A stretch of 64,000 bases of DNA from an uncultured virus (IMG/VR IMGVR_UViG_3300035698_034156) (lineage: Duplodnaviria; Heunggongvirae; Uroviricota; Caudoviricetes): IMG/VR virus record IMGVR_UViG_3300035698_034156; one strand, written 5' to 3'. Each line of letters begins with the position of its first letter. Within the stretch, counting starts at the first letter, position 1. A program made the translations under genes and the position numbers. Of this stretch, positions 48,136-56,716 are shown in pieces. The notes below the pieces were generated by a model. The model was not told the DNA's origin, made no database searches, and saw nothing but the letters and a program-made list of their open reading frames with translations.

Positions 48136-48596
48136 AAAAAATGCAGAGGTCTGGAACATATTGGAGTTTCTTTACGATGGGGTTGATTGCTGAAATAATA
48201 TTTTTAGCTGGAATCTATTTTGTTTTAGGAACAGAATTATTACCAACATTTGCATTAAATGCTATATTAGCAGGTTTACTTTTCACAGGATATAGGTATA
48301 TCATGGATTGGAATTATTTTCCAGATAGTAGCTTATCAAAAGAAGCAAGAGACTATGTAATACGGAAAACTGGCACTAATCAATTGATATTTTCGGCGGC
48401 TGGTGGAATTCTATTATTGTTTTCGAACATGAATTTAATTTCAACAGTGCCGTTAATGAATATTTGGGCTCTCGGACTGGTTGTAACACTAATCAGTTTT
48501 AATTTAATTGATGTTCTGAGGGAAACAGTTAATTGGATGTCCCATAAATCAGAATCGGAGGTGGAAAATTGGGAAAAACAAAAACAAACTATATAA
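48132..48596 (+). CDS. four-TM membrane protein
   Basis: Hydrophobic. Confidence 0.7.
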   Translation: MKKMQRSGTYWSFFTMGLIAEIIFLAGIYFVLGTELLPTFALNAILAGLLFTGYRYIMDWNYFPDSSLSKEARDYVIRKTGTNQLIFSAAGGILLLFSNMNLISTVPLMNIWALGLVVTLISFNLIDVLRETVNWMSHKSESEVENWEKQKQTI

Positions 48597-48919
48597 CGAT
48601 AGGCATAGTATCTTTTTTGGTAGGGTTTTTAGCAACAATAAGTCTTGTTAATGATGGATTAATTAATTCCATTCAATCAGGGTTATTTTTTGCAGTTCCT
48701 TTATTGATTTGTTATTATGTTCTTGAAAATTACATCTGGAAAAAGAAGATGGAGAAACACAAGGAATTAGGTTTATTTATTAGTGGAATAGTTTCACTTG
48801 TAATACTATTATTCCTTGTAGGAACAGAAATGACGTTAATACCTTATTTAGGTAATACGTTGATTTGGTCCTTTGGAGTTATAGGCTTCAAAAAATTAAT
48901 TGATAAAGAATTAAAATAG
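48569..48919 (+). CDS. four-TM membrane protein
   Basis: Hydrophobic; GGAGGTG SD before TTG. Confidence 0.7.
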   Translation: MGKTKTNYITIGIVSFLVGFLATISLVNDGLINSIQSGLFFAVPLLICYYVLENYIWKKKMEKHKELGLFISGIVSLVILLFLVGTEMTLIPYLGNTLIWSFGVIGFKKLIDKELK

Positions 48920-48931
48920 GAGGTGAAATGA

Positions 48932-49198
48932 ATGGGTACAAAGAAAAAAATAGATTGGGAAGAAGAGGTAATCGAAGCATTAATTGGTTCTTTCATCTTC
49001 GTGCTGATACTTTTTATGTTTCAGTTCGCAGTTGCAGTACCAGTGCTAGGTGGATTGTTCGTAATTTTGAACGGTTTTATTGGTATCGGTCCTCTAACAG
49101 TTTGGAACTTTGCAGGTTTGTTCTTTTTGATTACTCTTGTGCAAATATTTGTAGATGTAGTAAAGTTCGAACTGAAAACAAGAAAATTAGTAGAGTAG
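48932..49198 (+). CDS. small multi-TM membrane protein
   Basis: Hydrophobic; GGAGGTGA SD. Confidence 0.7.
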   Translation: MGTKKKIDWEEEVIEALIGSFIFVLILFMFQFAVAVPVLGGLFVILNGFIGIGPLTVWNFAGLFFLITLVQIFVDVVKFELKTRKLVE

Positions 49199-49207
49199 GT
49201 AATTGAA

Positions 49208-50095
49208 ATGACAAAAAGGAAAAGCAACATAAAAGGGATGTCTTTAGCCATCCCGTTGCTCATTCTTTTTGGCATAGCTCTTTTTTATATTTACACTGTA
49301 GCTCCGATTGAACAAACAAAACAATCAGCTGTATGGAATATGTTATTACTTGGAATAGGTGTAGGTGGAGTGATTTATCTAAAAGATATTCCTATATTTA
49401 AATCATTTTTTTCAAGTAAAAGCGCTTCTGATTCATTAGATTATTTGAATTTAGGCGTGGTTTACGGAGTAATAGGAATTGTTTTAGTTTCATTTTTAAT
49501 GAACGGAGTAGTTGCGTTAAACAATTTTAGTGGGTCAGTGGGACCTGAGAACCTAGCGGCAATTTCAGGTTTAAGTGCCGTGTTCACTGTGTTCGTTCAA
49601 CCGTTAAGTGAAACTATAATGGCTTTTTTGATTATTTTACCTCTTTATGTGATAATACAAAGCAGAACAAAACATCATCCTATGGCTATATGTTTGATTA
49701 TTTTCGCGATATTGTTCGCAGGATTTCATTACACAACAAGAGGAATAGGATTTTATGAGTTCAGCCCAGTTGGAATGTTCAATTTTGTGTTTGATACAAC
49801 AGGGTATGGAACTACAGCATTCCACGGCGCTCTTCCGTTGTTATTGCTAGGTATGTTCTGGTTAGGTTTAGGAATAATTTACAAAAACTTTTACATAGCC
49901 GCTGGAGCACATCTATCCAATAACTTAGTTGCGCTTTACGTAAACCCAAATTTATCGGCGGATGTAGTGGGTTTGCTGAATTTAATAGTAATAATTTTAG
50001 CAATAAATTTTGTGATTAGCATATTACATGGCAGACTTAAAAAAATTGGTAAAGTAGATTTTACTAGATTAGATGAGTTAAGGGTAAGGGTTTAA
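49208..50095 (+). CDS. CPBP (Rce1/Abi) family intramembrane protease-like protein
   Basis: PLSET (degenerate EE), FAGFHY, AGAHLSNN. Confidence 0.75.
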   Translation: MTKRKSNIKGMSLAIPLLILFGIALFYIYTVAPIEQTKQSAVWNMLLLGIGVGGVIYLKDIPIFKSFFSSKSASDSLDYLNLGVVYGVIGIVLVSFLMNGVVALNNFSGSVGPENLAAISGLSAVFTVFVQPLSETIMAFLIILPLYVIIQSRTKHHPMAICLIIFAILFAGFHYTTRGIGFYEFSPVGMFNFVFDTTGYGTTAFHGALPLLLLGMFWLGLGIIYKNFYIAAGAHLSNNLVALYVNPNLSADVVGLLNLIVIILAINFVISILHGRLKKIGKVDFTRLDELRVRV

Positions 50096-50323
50096 TTGGG
50101 ATATTATAACGAAGATTCTTTGCCTTCTGGAAAAGGCATGATTAAAAAATCGCATTTGTTTTTAGGTGGAGCAATAATGCTAACCATAGGAGTTACTGGA
50201 TTAATTTATGTTTTTAATTATTCTTCGTGGGGTGTTTTTGAAATTTTGTTCCACGCACAAATATTTGCTGGTAGTGTTACTTTGACCACAGTTTTAGTTA
50301 ATACTTTAATGGTGAGAAATTGA
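50096..50323 (+). CDS. small two-TM protein
   Basis: Hydrophobic. Confidence 0.6.
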   Translation: MGYYNEDSLPSGKGMIKKSHLFLGGAIMLTIGVTGLIYVFNYSSWGVFEILFHAQIFAGSVTLTTVLVNTLMVRN

Positions 50324-50643
50324 TTGGAACAGAAAATACAGGGGATGTAGCAAAAGCTCTGAAAATATACAATGGTTCAATAGATTTGAATGATATTTTA
50401 GACCCTATAATTAAAATAGCTAGTGGAATGTGGGATTTGTTATTGTTTAATGTGTTTATTTTCATGATTTTTGTTTTGTTATGGGCTTTGATATCTTTTA
50501 TTATTAAAAAAATTTTGAAAAGCGCGTTAATTGGAACGGTTTTGGGTTTTATAATAGCGTGGTTAATTTTCCCGTATTTAATCCCATCAGTTTATCCGTG
50601 GCTTGAAGAAACTGTTGCAGGATTCTTAGGAGGATTGGTATAA
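50320..50643 (+). CDS. small membrane protein
   Basis: Two TMs. Confidence 0.6.
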   Translation: MIGTENTGDVAKALKIYNGSIDLNDILDPIIKIASGMWDLLLFNVFIFMIFVLLWALISFIIKKILKSALIGTVLGFIIAWLIFPYLIPSVYPWLEETVAGFLGGLV

Positions 50644-51203
50644 TGAGTTTAATGTTAACGATAGCTGTTATTGCTATGATAATGGCAGGGGGAGGAGGAA
50701 TTGGTTCTTCGCTTGTGGATTCTGCAATGGGTGATGATATTAACCCAGGAAACACTCTTTACGGTGTGGAACAGTTCGGTGAACAAATTAATTTATCTAT
50801 TGCGAAAAACAAAACTTTGTTTAAAGCAGAAAGAGCTATTGAAAGAATACAAGAATATCAAAAAACAGAGCAACCAGAATTAATTGAAAGAAGTGATGTT
50901 TTGATTAATGAAGTTGAAAAAGAAATGAATTCGTCAAAAGAACAAGAACTTTTGATGATTAGAGAAAGGATTATGTTGCATAATCAATTGCTTGAACAAG
51001 TTCAAACACGTTTACAGAACAGAATTCAAGAACAAGATTGTGAAGAATGTGAACCATTACAGAAAAGAGTTCAGTCATCCATTCAAAGAAATGCTAAAAT
51101 AGAAACAAAAATTGTGAATAGATATCAAACTATTATGAATGTGGAAAATATAACACCACCATCTGCAATTGGTGTAAGACAAAATATGTTAAAAAATAAA
51201 TAG
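50643..51203 (+). CDS. DUF5667-like helical exported protein
   Basis: INPGNTLYGVEQFGEQI..., AIERIQE. Confidence 0.65.
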   Translation: MSLMLTIAVIAMIMAGGGGIGSSLVDSAMGDDINPGNTLYGVEQFGEQINLSIAKNKTLFKAERAIERIQEYQKTEQPELIERSDVLINEVEKEMNSSKEQELLMIRERIMLHNQLLEQVQTRLQNRIQEQDCEECEPLQKRVQSSIQRNAKIETKIVNRYQTIMNVENITPPSAIGVRQNMLKNK

Positions 51204-51215
51204 GAGATAAAATAA

Positions 51216-51407
51216 ATGGTTCATGTGAAAAGTTATTGGAAAGTTCCAGAGTCTCAGATAAAGAAGGGAACTAAAATAGAAATGGAGCATACTAATAGTA
51301 AAAAAGTGGCTAGGAGAATAGCTTTAGACCATTTAAAAGAACATCCAAGATATTATGATTACTTGGAAGAAGCAGAAAATAAAATGAAAAAGGATTTAGA
51401 GGATTAA
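51216..51407 (+). CDS. DUF5661-like small protein
   Basis: KKGTKIEMEHT....ARRIALDHLKEHPRYY. Confidence 0.75.
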   Translation: MVHVKSYWKVPESQIKKGTKIEMEHTNSKKVARRIALDHLKEHPRYYDYLEEAENKMKKDLED

Positions 51408-51408
51408 A

Positions 51409-51609
51409 ATGGTTGATGTAAAAAAACATAAGAGGAAAGCTCCTGTATTCGTATTGAACCCACCAGCCGTGGTTTACTTTAACGCGGCAAGAGCTCTTTA
51501 TGAAAGAGGAGAAATTTCCAAATCAAGCTTCTTGAAAATCAAGAAAAAATACGAGGAAGAATCAAAAAAGATGCCTCAACCAAAAATCTACGAAACCATG
51601 GCGGCGTAA
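51409..51609 (+). CDS. small basic protein with SHOCT-like segment
   Basis: LYERGEISKSSFLKIK. Confidence 0.55.
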   Translation: MVDVKKHKRKAPVFVLNPPAVVYFNAARALYERGEISKSSFLKIKKKYEEESKKMPQPKIYETMAA

Positions 51610-51611
51610 AT

Positions 51612-52319
51612 ATGATGAGTATATGGAAGTTAGTAACACTTTTCGTGGTATGTGTGTTTTGTTTCACCCTTACAAACGCAGAAGACGAAATAGTCCTGAA
51701 TTGGTGCGAAAGCTCCATTTCTCATCTATCTGTCAGTGAAAGAAATGATTTAGGCATATTTGAATGGAGTAATTCAGAGGATTGTATTTGTTGGAATTAT
51801 GAAAAAAATGATAAATGGTTGAATGATGAAGAAATACCAGATAATTTTTATCAAAGCAGGTCTTGGCATGATTTGTATTGTAACGCAGGAAAAATAAGGC
51901 AACAAAGAGTTGCGGAGTATTTGGATGCGCCTAATTGTATAGGTGTTTCTTTTGAGGTTGAATATCAGGATATTGTGAGAGATTATTGTATTAAGTGCCC
52001 AGAACCTGCTGAGTTCGGTGAATGGGAAGTTAAGGGTTGTCTTAATTCGGTTATTGTTAATCAAAGAACGGTTCAAGGATATGTGTTTTCACCGTTAGTG
52101 GATAAATGTTATCGTCAGGGGTTTGTAGAGTTTAATATAACTGATGAACCTTGTTCTGTTTCAGATATAAATAATACAGATATAATAGATGAAGTGGAAG
52201 ATAATGAGGAAATTAATCAAATGGTTGTTGTAGGACAATTTGTTTTGTTTGGTTTTTTGATTGGAGCAGTTTTTGTAGTTCCTATTTTATACTTTAAATT
52301 GAGGGGGAAGAAGAAATGA
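51612..52319 (+). CDS. Cys-rich type I membrane protein
   Basis: Signal peptide, cysteines, C-terminal TM plus basic tail. Confidence 0.7.
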   Translation: MMSIWKLVTLFVVCVFCFTLTNAEDEIVLNWCESSISHLSVSERNDLGIFEWSNSEDCICWNYEKNDKWLNDEEIPDNFYQSRSWHDLYCNAGKIRQQRVAEYLDAPNCIGVSFEVEYQDIVRDYCIKCPEPAEFGEWEVKGCLNSVIVNQRTVQGYVFSPLVDKCYRQGFVEFNITDEPCSVSDINNTDIIDEVEDNEEINQMVVVGQFVLFGFLIGAVFVVPILYFKLRGKKK

Positions 52320-55300
52320 ATAAACGAAGAAATACAAATAGCCGAAAACCTGATATTAAAGTTTTAGCAATCGGTGTAGTTTGCATTTTAGTTGGATTAT
52401 CTATATTATTTTACAATGGATTGTTTAACTTAGATTTGTTTACTGGTGAAATTTTTACTCCTGAAGGATTTGAAGATATAAAATATACTAATACTGTTCA
52501 AATTTACAGAAATGCTCATGTTGAAGTAATACCTGTTGCGAATCAATGGTGTCCTGTAGCGACACGATATTCACGCGCAATTGGAGGTTGGCATAAAAAT
52601 GACCGAGATATTTGTTATTGTGGTCAATGGAATAATTTGTATCCTTCTTGTACGGAAGTATGTCAAGAAAAAGACCCAAGAGCTCATGTTGTTAATGGTA
52701 CAAGAAGTTGGGGTGGTTTAACTGAAAGATTGTGTAGAGTTGATTTAGGAACTAATTATGGCGATACTTATCCTGTTACATACGATTGGGCAAAAACTCC
52801 GTATCATTTAACTTTGAATGCTACAACTAGGAATGTTGAAGTTCCGCCAAATGAAAATATTAAAATCGGAGTAGATGTAAGATTTTGGACTACAATAGAA
52901 TCACCTGCTAATCATTCAATAGGTGACCCTCTTTATTATGGTGATTCAAGGTATGATGACTGGAAAAATACTTATTTGTGGGATACTGTTAGATTTAAGT
53001 TAATGTTTGATGGGAAAGAAGTTTCTTCAATTGATTATGGTAATCGTTATCAATTTAGATGTACGCAAAGTCATACTCAGGTTGGTAATCCTGTTAGTTG
53101 TTCTGCTGCAAAGCAATTAAACTTTAGTATAAGTGATGAACAACTTGCATCACACGGATTAGCAAATGGTGGATATTATGATGTAAGAATTGATTATGAA
53201 GTTATCAAAAATAATGCTGAAGAAATAAAAAACAAAACTTTAACTGGATATAATGGAATAACAAAAAAACAATATCAGATGAGTGTTGGAAAAGGAACTG
53301 TTTTAGACGGAATTAGAGTGTTTAAAGAACCAGATGAATGCACTATTCCGCCAGGGTACAGTATGGTTACACAGGATTTTCCATCAGGAACAACTATTAC
53401 AACAGATTCATTGCATAGAAATGTTGTGGCTTTCTGTAATTCCTATGAAATATGGAAACTTGACATAAGCGGAGATACTTTAATTGATAAATCATCAGAA
53501 GAACTTCAATTATTAAGAAACGGAAGTTATTTTACAGTTCCAGCTAACGAAAGTTGGAGAATTTATTATGTTGCTAAAACAGCGACAGATAAAACATTGG
53601 CTTGTGAACCAGGGCAATTGTACGATATTGATAATGAAAAATGCGTTACAATGCCAACATGGGAATACTATTGTGGAAAAGGAACTTATAATGAAGAAGA
53701 CCACGCTTGTTTAGTTCAACCAGTAAATATATGTCTTAATGGTGTATGGAATGAATCAGAAGCAAGATGTGAAATTTTAATTCCAGAAGACCAAACAGAA
53801 TTCTTTTGCCCAGAAGGAAGCGAACTTGTTCAAACACAGTCAGGAACAAACAAGTGTGTTTATCCATTAACACCAGATTGTGAAAAAGGTGTTTTATCAA
53901 CAGATGAATTAGGAACAGAAATATGCAAATATTTCCCAGAAATAATAACAGTTACAAAAGAAGATAGATTTGTTGATGTTGGGGATATTCCAGAAGAAAT
54001 CCATTCCAGAGCGTTCTCTTGTCCTCTTGGAGATTCAAGAATGATGTATTTAGAAGAATTTGAATCAGGTGAAATCGTTAATTTGGATTCATTAAATTAC
54101 CCACTTCATTTCTTTTGCGAAGTTTACCCAATAATTGAAACAGATAATTCAAGTGGTGAAACAATCAAGAGAAGGAACTTGTATGATAAATTAGTGCAAG
54201 GAGAAACATTAACAGTTCCATCGAATAAAACGTGGAGTGTTTATTATGTTGGATATGTTGGTTCAAGAGATGTTTACATTGGAGAACTAGAAGACCAAAT
54301 TAATTCACTTAAAGTAACACTGGATGAAAAGATTGCAATACTGAATTCAATTCAGTTATCTCTTGATGAGAAAAAGTCTTTGATTGAAGCTTTAAAAATA
54401 TCTGAAGCAGAGAAAGCTGAATTAATTGTATCATTGAAGGCTAGTATTGGTGAAAAAGCGGTGTTAATTGAATCCTTAGAACTTTCTTTGGCGGAAAAGG
54501 TTTCTTTGATTTCAGCATTAAAAGCGAGTATCGGAGAAAAAGCGGTTTTGATTAACGCTTTGAAGTTGTCACTGGAAGAAAAAGGAAGTTTAATTAAATC
54601 ATTAGAGTTATCATTAGAGGAAAAAATTGAGTTAATTTATGCTTTTGAAGTTAGTATTGCAGAAAAAGCGGTTTTAATAGACGCATTAAAATTATCATTA
54701 CATGAGAAAATAGAGTTAGTAAATGCTTTAGAATCAAGTATTGCAGAAAAAGCGGTTTTAATAGACGCATTAAAATTATCATTAAATGAGAAAATAGAGT
54801 TAGTAAATGCTTTAGAATTATCATTACAAGAGAAAACAGAATTGATTAACGCGTTAAAATTGTCACTGGATGAAAAAATTTCTTTGGTTAAATCTCTTGA
54901 ATTAAGTATTGCTGAAAAAGCTGAGTTAATAGAAGCCTTGAATTTATCGTTAGCTGGGAAAGCTAAGTTAATCGTAGCTTTATCTGAAAATCAAGCAGAA
55001 CAAAGAGAATTGATTAAAGCATTGAAGCTTAGTTTGGAAACTCGAGATAAATTATTAGAATTACAAGGCGCTGATATTTTAGAGTTTGAAAAATTGTTAG
55101 ATGTATTTGAATCAAGTGTAGCTGAGAAAACGGCTTTGGTTAACGCTCTTGAAGCATCTCTTGACGAGAAAGCTTTGTTAATAGAAGCATTAGAACTTAG
55201 CAACGCAGAAAAAGCTTCTTTGATTAGTGCTTTAAATTTGTCATTAGCTGAGAAAACAGAATTAATTAAAGCTTTAGAATTATCAGTGAAAGAAAAGATT

Positions 55301-56125
55301 GCTTTGTTATCGGCTTTGGATATATCATTACAAGAAAAAACAAAGATAATTAAAGCCTTGGAGTTTTCATTAGAAGAAAAAATTGCTTTAGTAAAAGCGT
55401 TAGAACTTTCATCATCTGAAAAAGCAGAGTTAATTAAATCTTTGGAATTATCATTAGAAGAAAAATCAGATTTGATTAAAGCGTTAGAACTTTCATCATC
55501 TGAAAAAGCAGAGTTAATTAAATCCTTAGAATTGTCATTAGCAGAAAAAGCAAAATTGATTAAAGCTTTAGAATTAAGTAATAATGAGAAAGCTGTGTTA
55601 ATTGACGCTCTTAAATTAAGTAATGATGAGAAAACTGTATTGATTAATGCTTTGAATTTATCAATTAAAGAAAAAGCTTTTCTTATAAGAGCGTTAAATT
55701 TATCATTAGACGAAAAAGCAGAATTAGTTAAATCTCTGGAACTGTCACTGGGAGAAAAGTCAGAATTAATCAAAGCTTTAGAATTAAGTAATGTTGAAAA
55801 AGCTGGTTTGATTGACGCTTTGAAACTGAGTAATGAGGAGAAAGCTAAGTTAATTGATTCGCTGGAACTTTCAATTGATGAGAAATCTTCTCTTATTAAA
55901 GCGTTAGATTTGTCAAACGAAGAAAAACAAGAGTTAATTAACTCATTAGACATCAGTTTAACGGAGAAAGGAGTCCTTTTGAAGGATTACGAAGTATTAT
56001 TAGATAAATACAAAGAATTATTAAGTGACAATAGTATTAAAACATTATTATCTGTAATAGGTGGTATATCGTTAGTTATAGGATTATTCAAAGTTTACAA
56101 AGGGTATCATTACAGAAAAAAATAA
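52316..56125 (+). CDS. large surface protein: Cys-rich head, 14-residue-repeat coiled-coil stalk, TM at both ends
   Basis: N-terminal TM, C..G.Y......C repeats, ~40 x EKAELIKALELSxx, C-terminal TM. Confidence 0.85.
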   Translation: MNKRRNTNSRKPDIKVLAIGVVCILVGLSILFYNGLFNLDLFTGEIFTPEGFEDIKYTNTVQIYRNAHVEVIPVANQWCPVATRYSRAIGGWHKNDRDICYCGQWNNLYPSCTEVCQEKDPRAHVVNGTRSWGGLTERLCRVDLGTNYGDTYPVTYDWAKTPYHLTLNATTRNVEVPPNENIKIGVDVRFWTTIESPANHSIGDPLYYGDSRYDDWKNTYLWDTVRFKLMFDGKEVSSIDYGNRYQFRCTQSHTQVGNPVSCSAAKQLNFSISDEQLASHGLANGGYYDVRIDYEVIKNNAEEIKNKTLTGYNGITKKQYQMSVGKGTVLDGIRVFKEPDECTIPPGYSMVTQDFPSGTTITTDSLHRNVVAFCNSYEIWKLDISGDTLIDKSSEELQLLRNGSYFTVPANESWRIYYVAKTATDKTLACEPGQLYDIDNEKCVTMPTWEYYCGKGTYNEEDHACLVQPVNICLNGVWNESEARCEILIPEDQTEFFCPEGSELVQTQSGTNKCVYPLTPDCEKGVLSTDELGTEICKYFPEIITVTKEDRFVDVGDIPEEIHSRAFSCPLGDSRMMYLEEFESGEIVNLDSLNYPLHFFCEVYPIIETDNSSGETIKRRNLYDKLVQGETLTVPSNKTWSVYYVGYVGSRDVYIGELEDQINSLKVTLDEKIAILNSIQLSLDEKKSLIEALKISEAEKAELIVSLKASIGEKAVLIESLELSLAEKVSLISALKASIGEKAVLINALKLSLEEKGSLIKSLELSLEEKIELIYAFEVSIAEKAVLIDALKLSLHEKIELVNALESSIAEKAVLIDALKLSLNEKIELVNALELSLQEKTELINALKLSLDEKISLVKSLELSIAEKAELIEALNLSLAGKAKLIVALSENQAEQRELIKALKLSLETRDKLLELQGADILEFEKLLDVFESSVAEKTALVNALEASLDEKALLIEALELSNAEKASLISALNLSLAEKTELIKALELSVKEKIALLSALDISLQEKTKIIKALEFSLEEKIALVKALELSSSEKAELIKSLELSLEEKSDLIKALELSSSEKAELIKSLELSLAEKAKLIKALELSNNEKAVLIDALKLSNDEKTVLINALNLSIKEKAFLIRALNLSLDEKAELVKSLELSLGEKSELIKALELSNVEKAGLIDALKLSNEEKAKLIDSLELSIDEKSSLIKALDLSNEEKQELINSLDISLTEKGVLLKDYEVLLDKYKELLSDNSIKTLLSVIGGISLVIGLFKVYKGYHYRKK
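54308..55990 (+). repeat. degenerate 42-bp coding tandem repeat (~40 units)
   Basis: Encodes the 14-aa unit. Confidence 0.9.
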
Positions 56126-56716
56126 ATGTTTCCTTTTGAATCGAAGTCGGGGTTGTTAATGCAAAAGTACGTTGTTAGTGGTTTTTTTATTTTAATCGTG
56201 GTTTTAGCTATCGCTTCACTGCCTCCATCTTGTCCTCAGCCATTTTGTCCTCAGCCATTTTGTCCTCAGCCTGAAGATAATTCTGATATTTTAAACACTT
56301 TAACCAATAAAATTGATTCTATTAACCTTAAACCAATTTGTGATTGTTATTCTTCTTGTAATCCAACCATTGAAGTTGCTAATAATTATATTCAAGCTTC
56401 ACATACTGATGTAGAATATGAAATTAAAGATGGTGGGGTTTTTATAAAAGATGTTGAAATTGATTTTATTCATGGTTATTCAATGCAACCAACGATGTTT
56501 GCTGGTAATGGAGTATTTAAGAAAAAATATATATCGAAAAACCAGTTGTCTGAAGGTGTTGTTATTTGGTTTGAAAAAGACGGAAAAGATGTAGTGCACA
56601 GAATTAAAGGAATTTATGATGACTGGGTTGTAACAAAAGGAGATAATTTAAATGAAGAAGAATACGTTGATTATTCAAACATAAAATATGTGATAGTAGG
56701 TGTGCTAAATAAATAA
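56126..56716 (+). CDS. sec11: signal peptidase I, S26 Sec11-type
   Basis: GYSMQPT (Ser), VVHRI (His), VTKGDN; CPQPF tandem linker from a 15-bp repeat near 56230-56271. Confidence 0.88.
   Translation: MFPFESKSGLLMQKYVVSGFFILIVVLAIASLPPSCPQPFCPQPFCPQPEDNSDILNTLTNKIDSINLKPICDCYSSCNPTIEVANNYIQASHTDVEYEIKDGGVFIKDVEIDFIHGYSMQPTMFAGNGVFKKKYISKNQLSEGVVIWFEKDGKDVVHRIKGIYDDWVVTKGDNLNEEEYVDYSNIKYVIVGVLNK

Noticed and set aside
48928..49206. 92-aa alternative-frame ORF
   Set aside because: Overlaps the hydrophobic 48932-49198 ORF, which fits the membrane-protein cluster better
54991..55953. 320-aa minus-strand ORF
   Set aside because: Antisense shadow of the coiled-coil repeat
54308..55990. 42-bp periodic repeats as a CRISPR array
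   Set aside because: Degenerate at synonymous positions, no unique spacers, in frame within a protein
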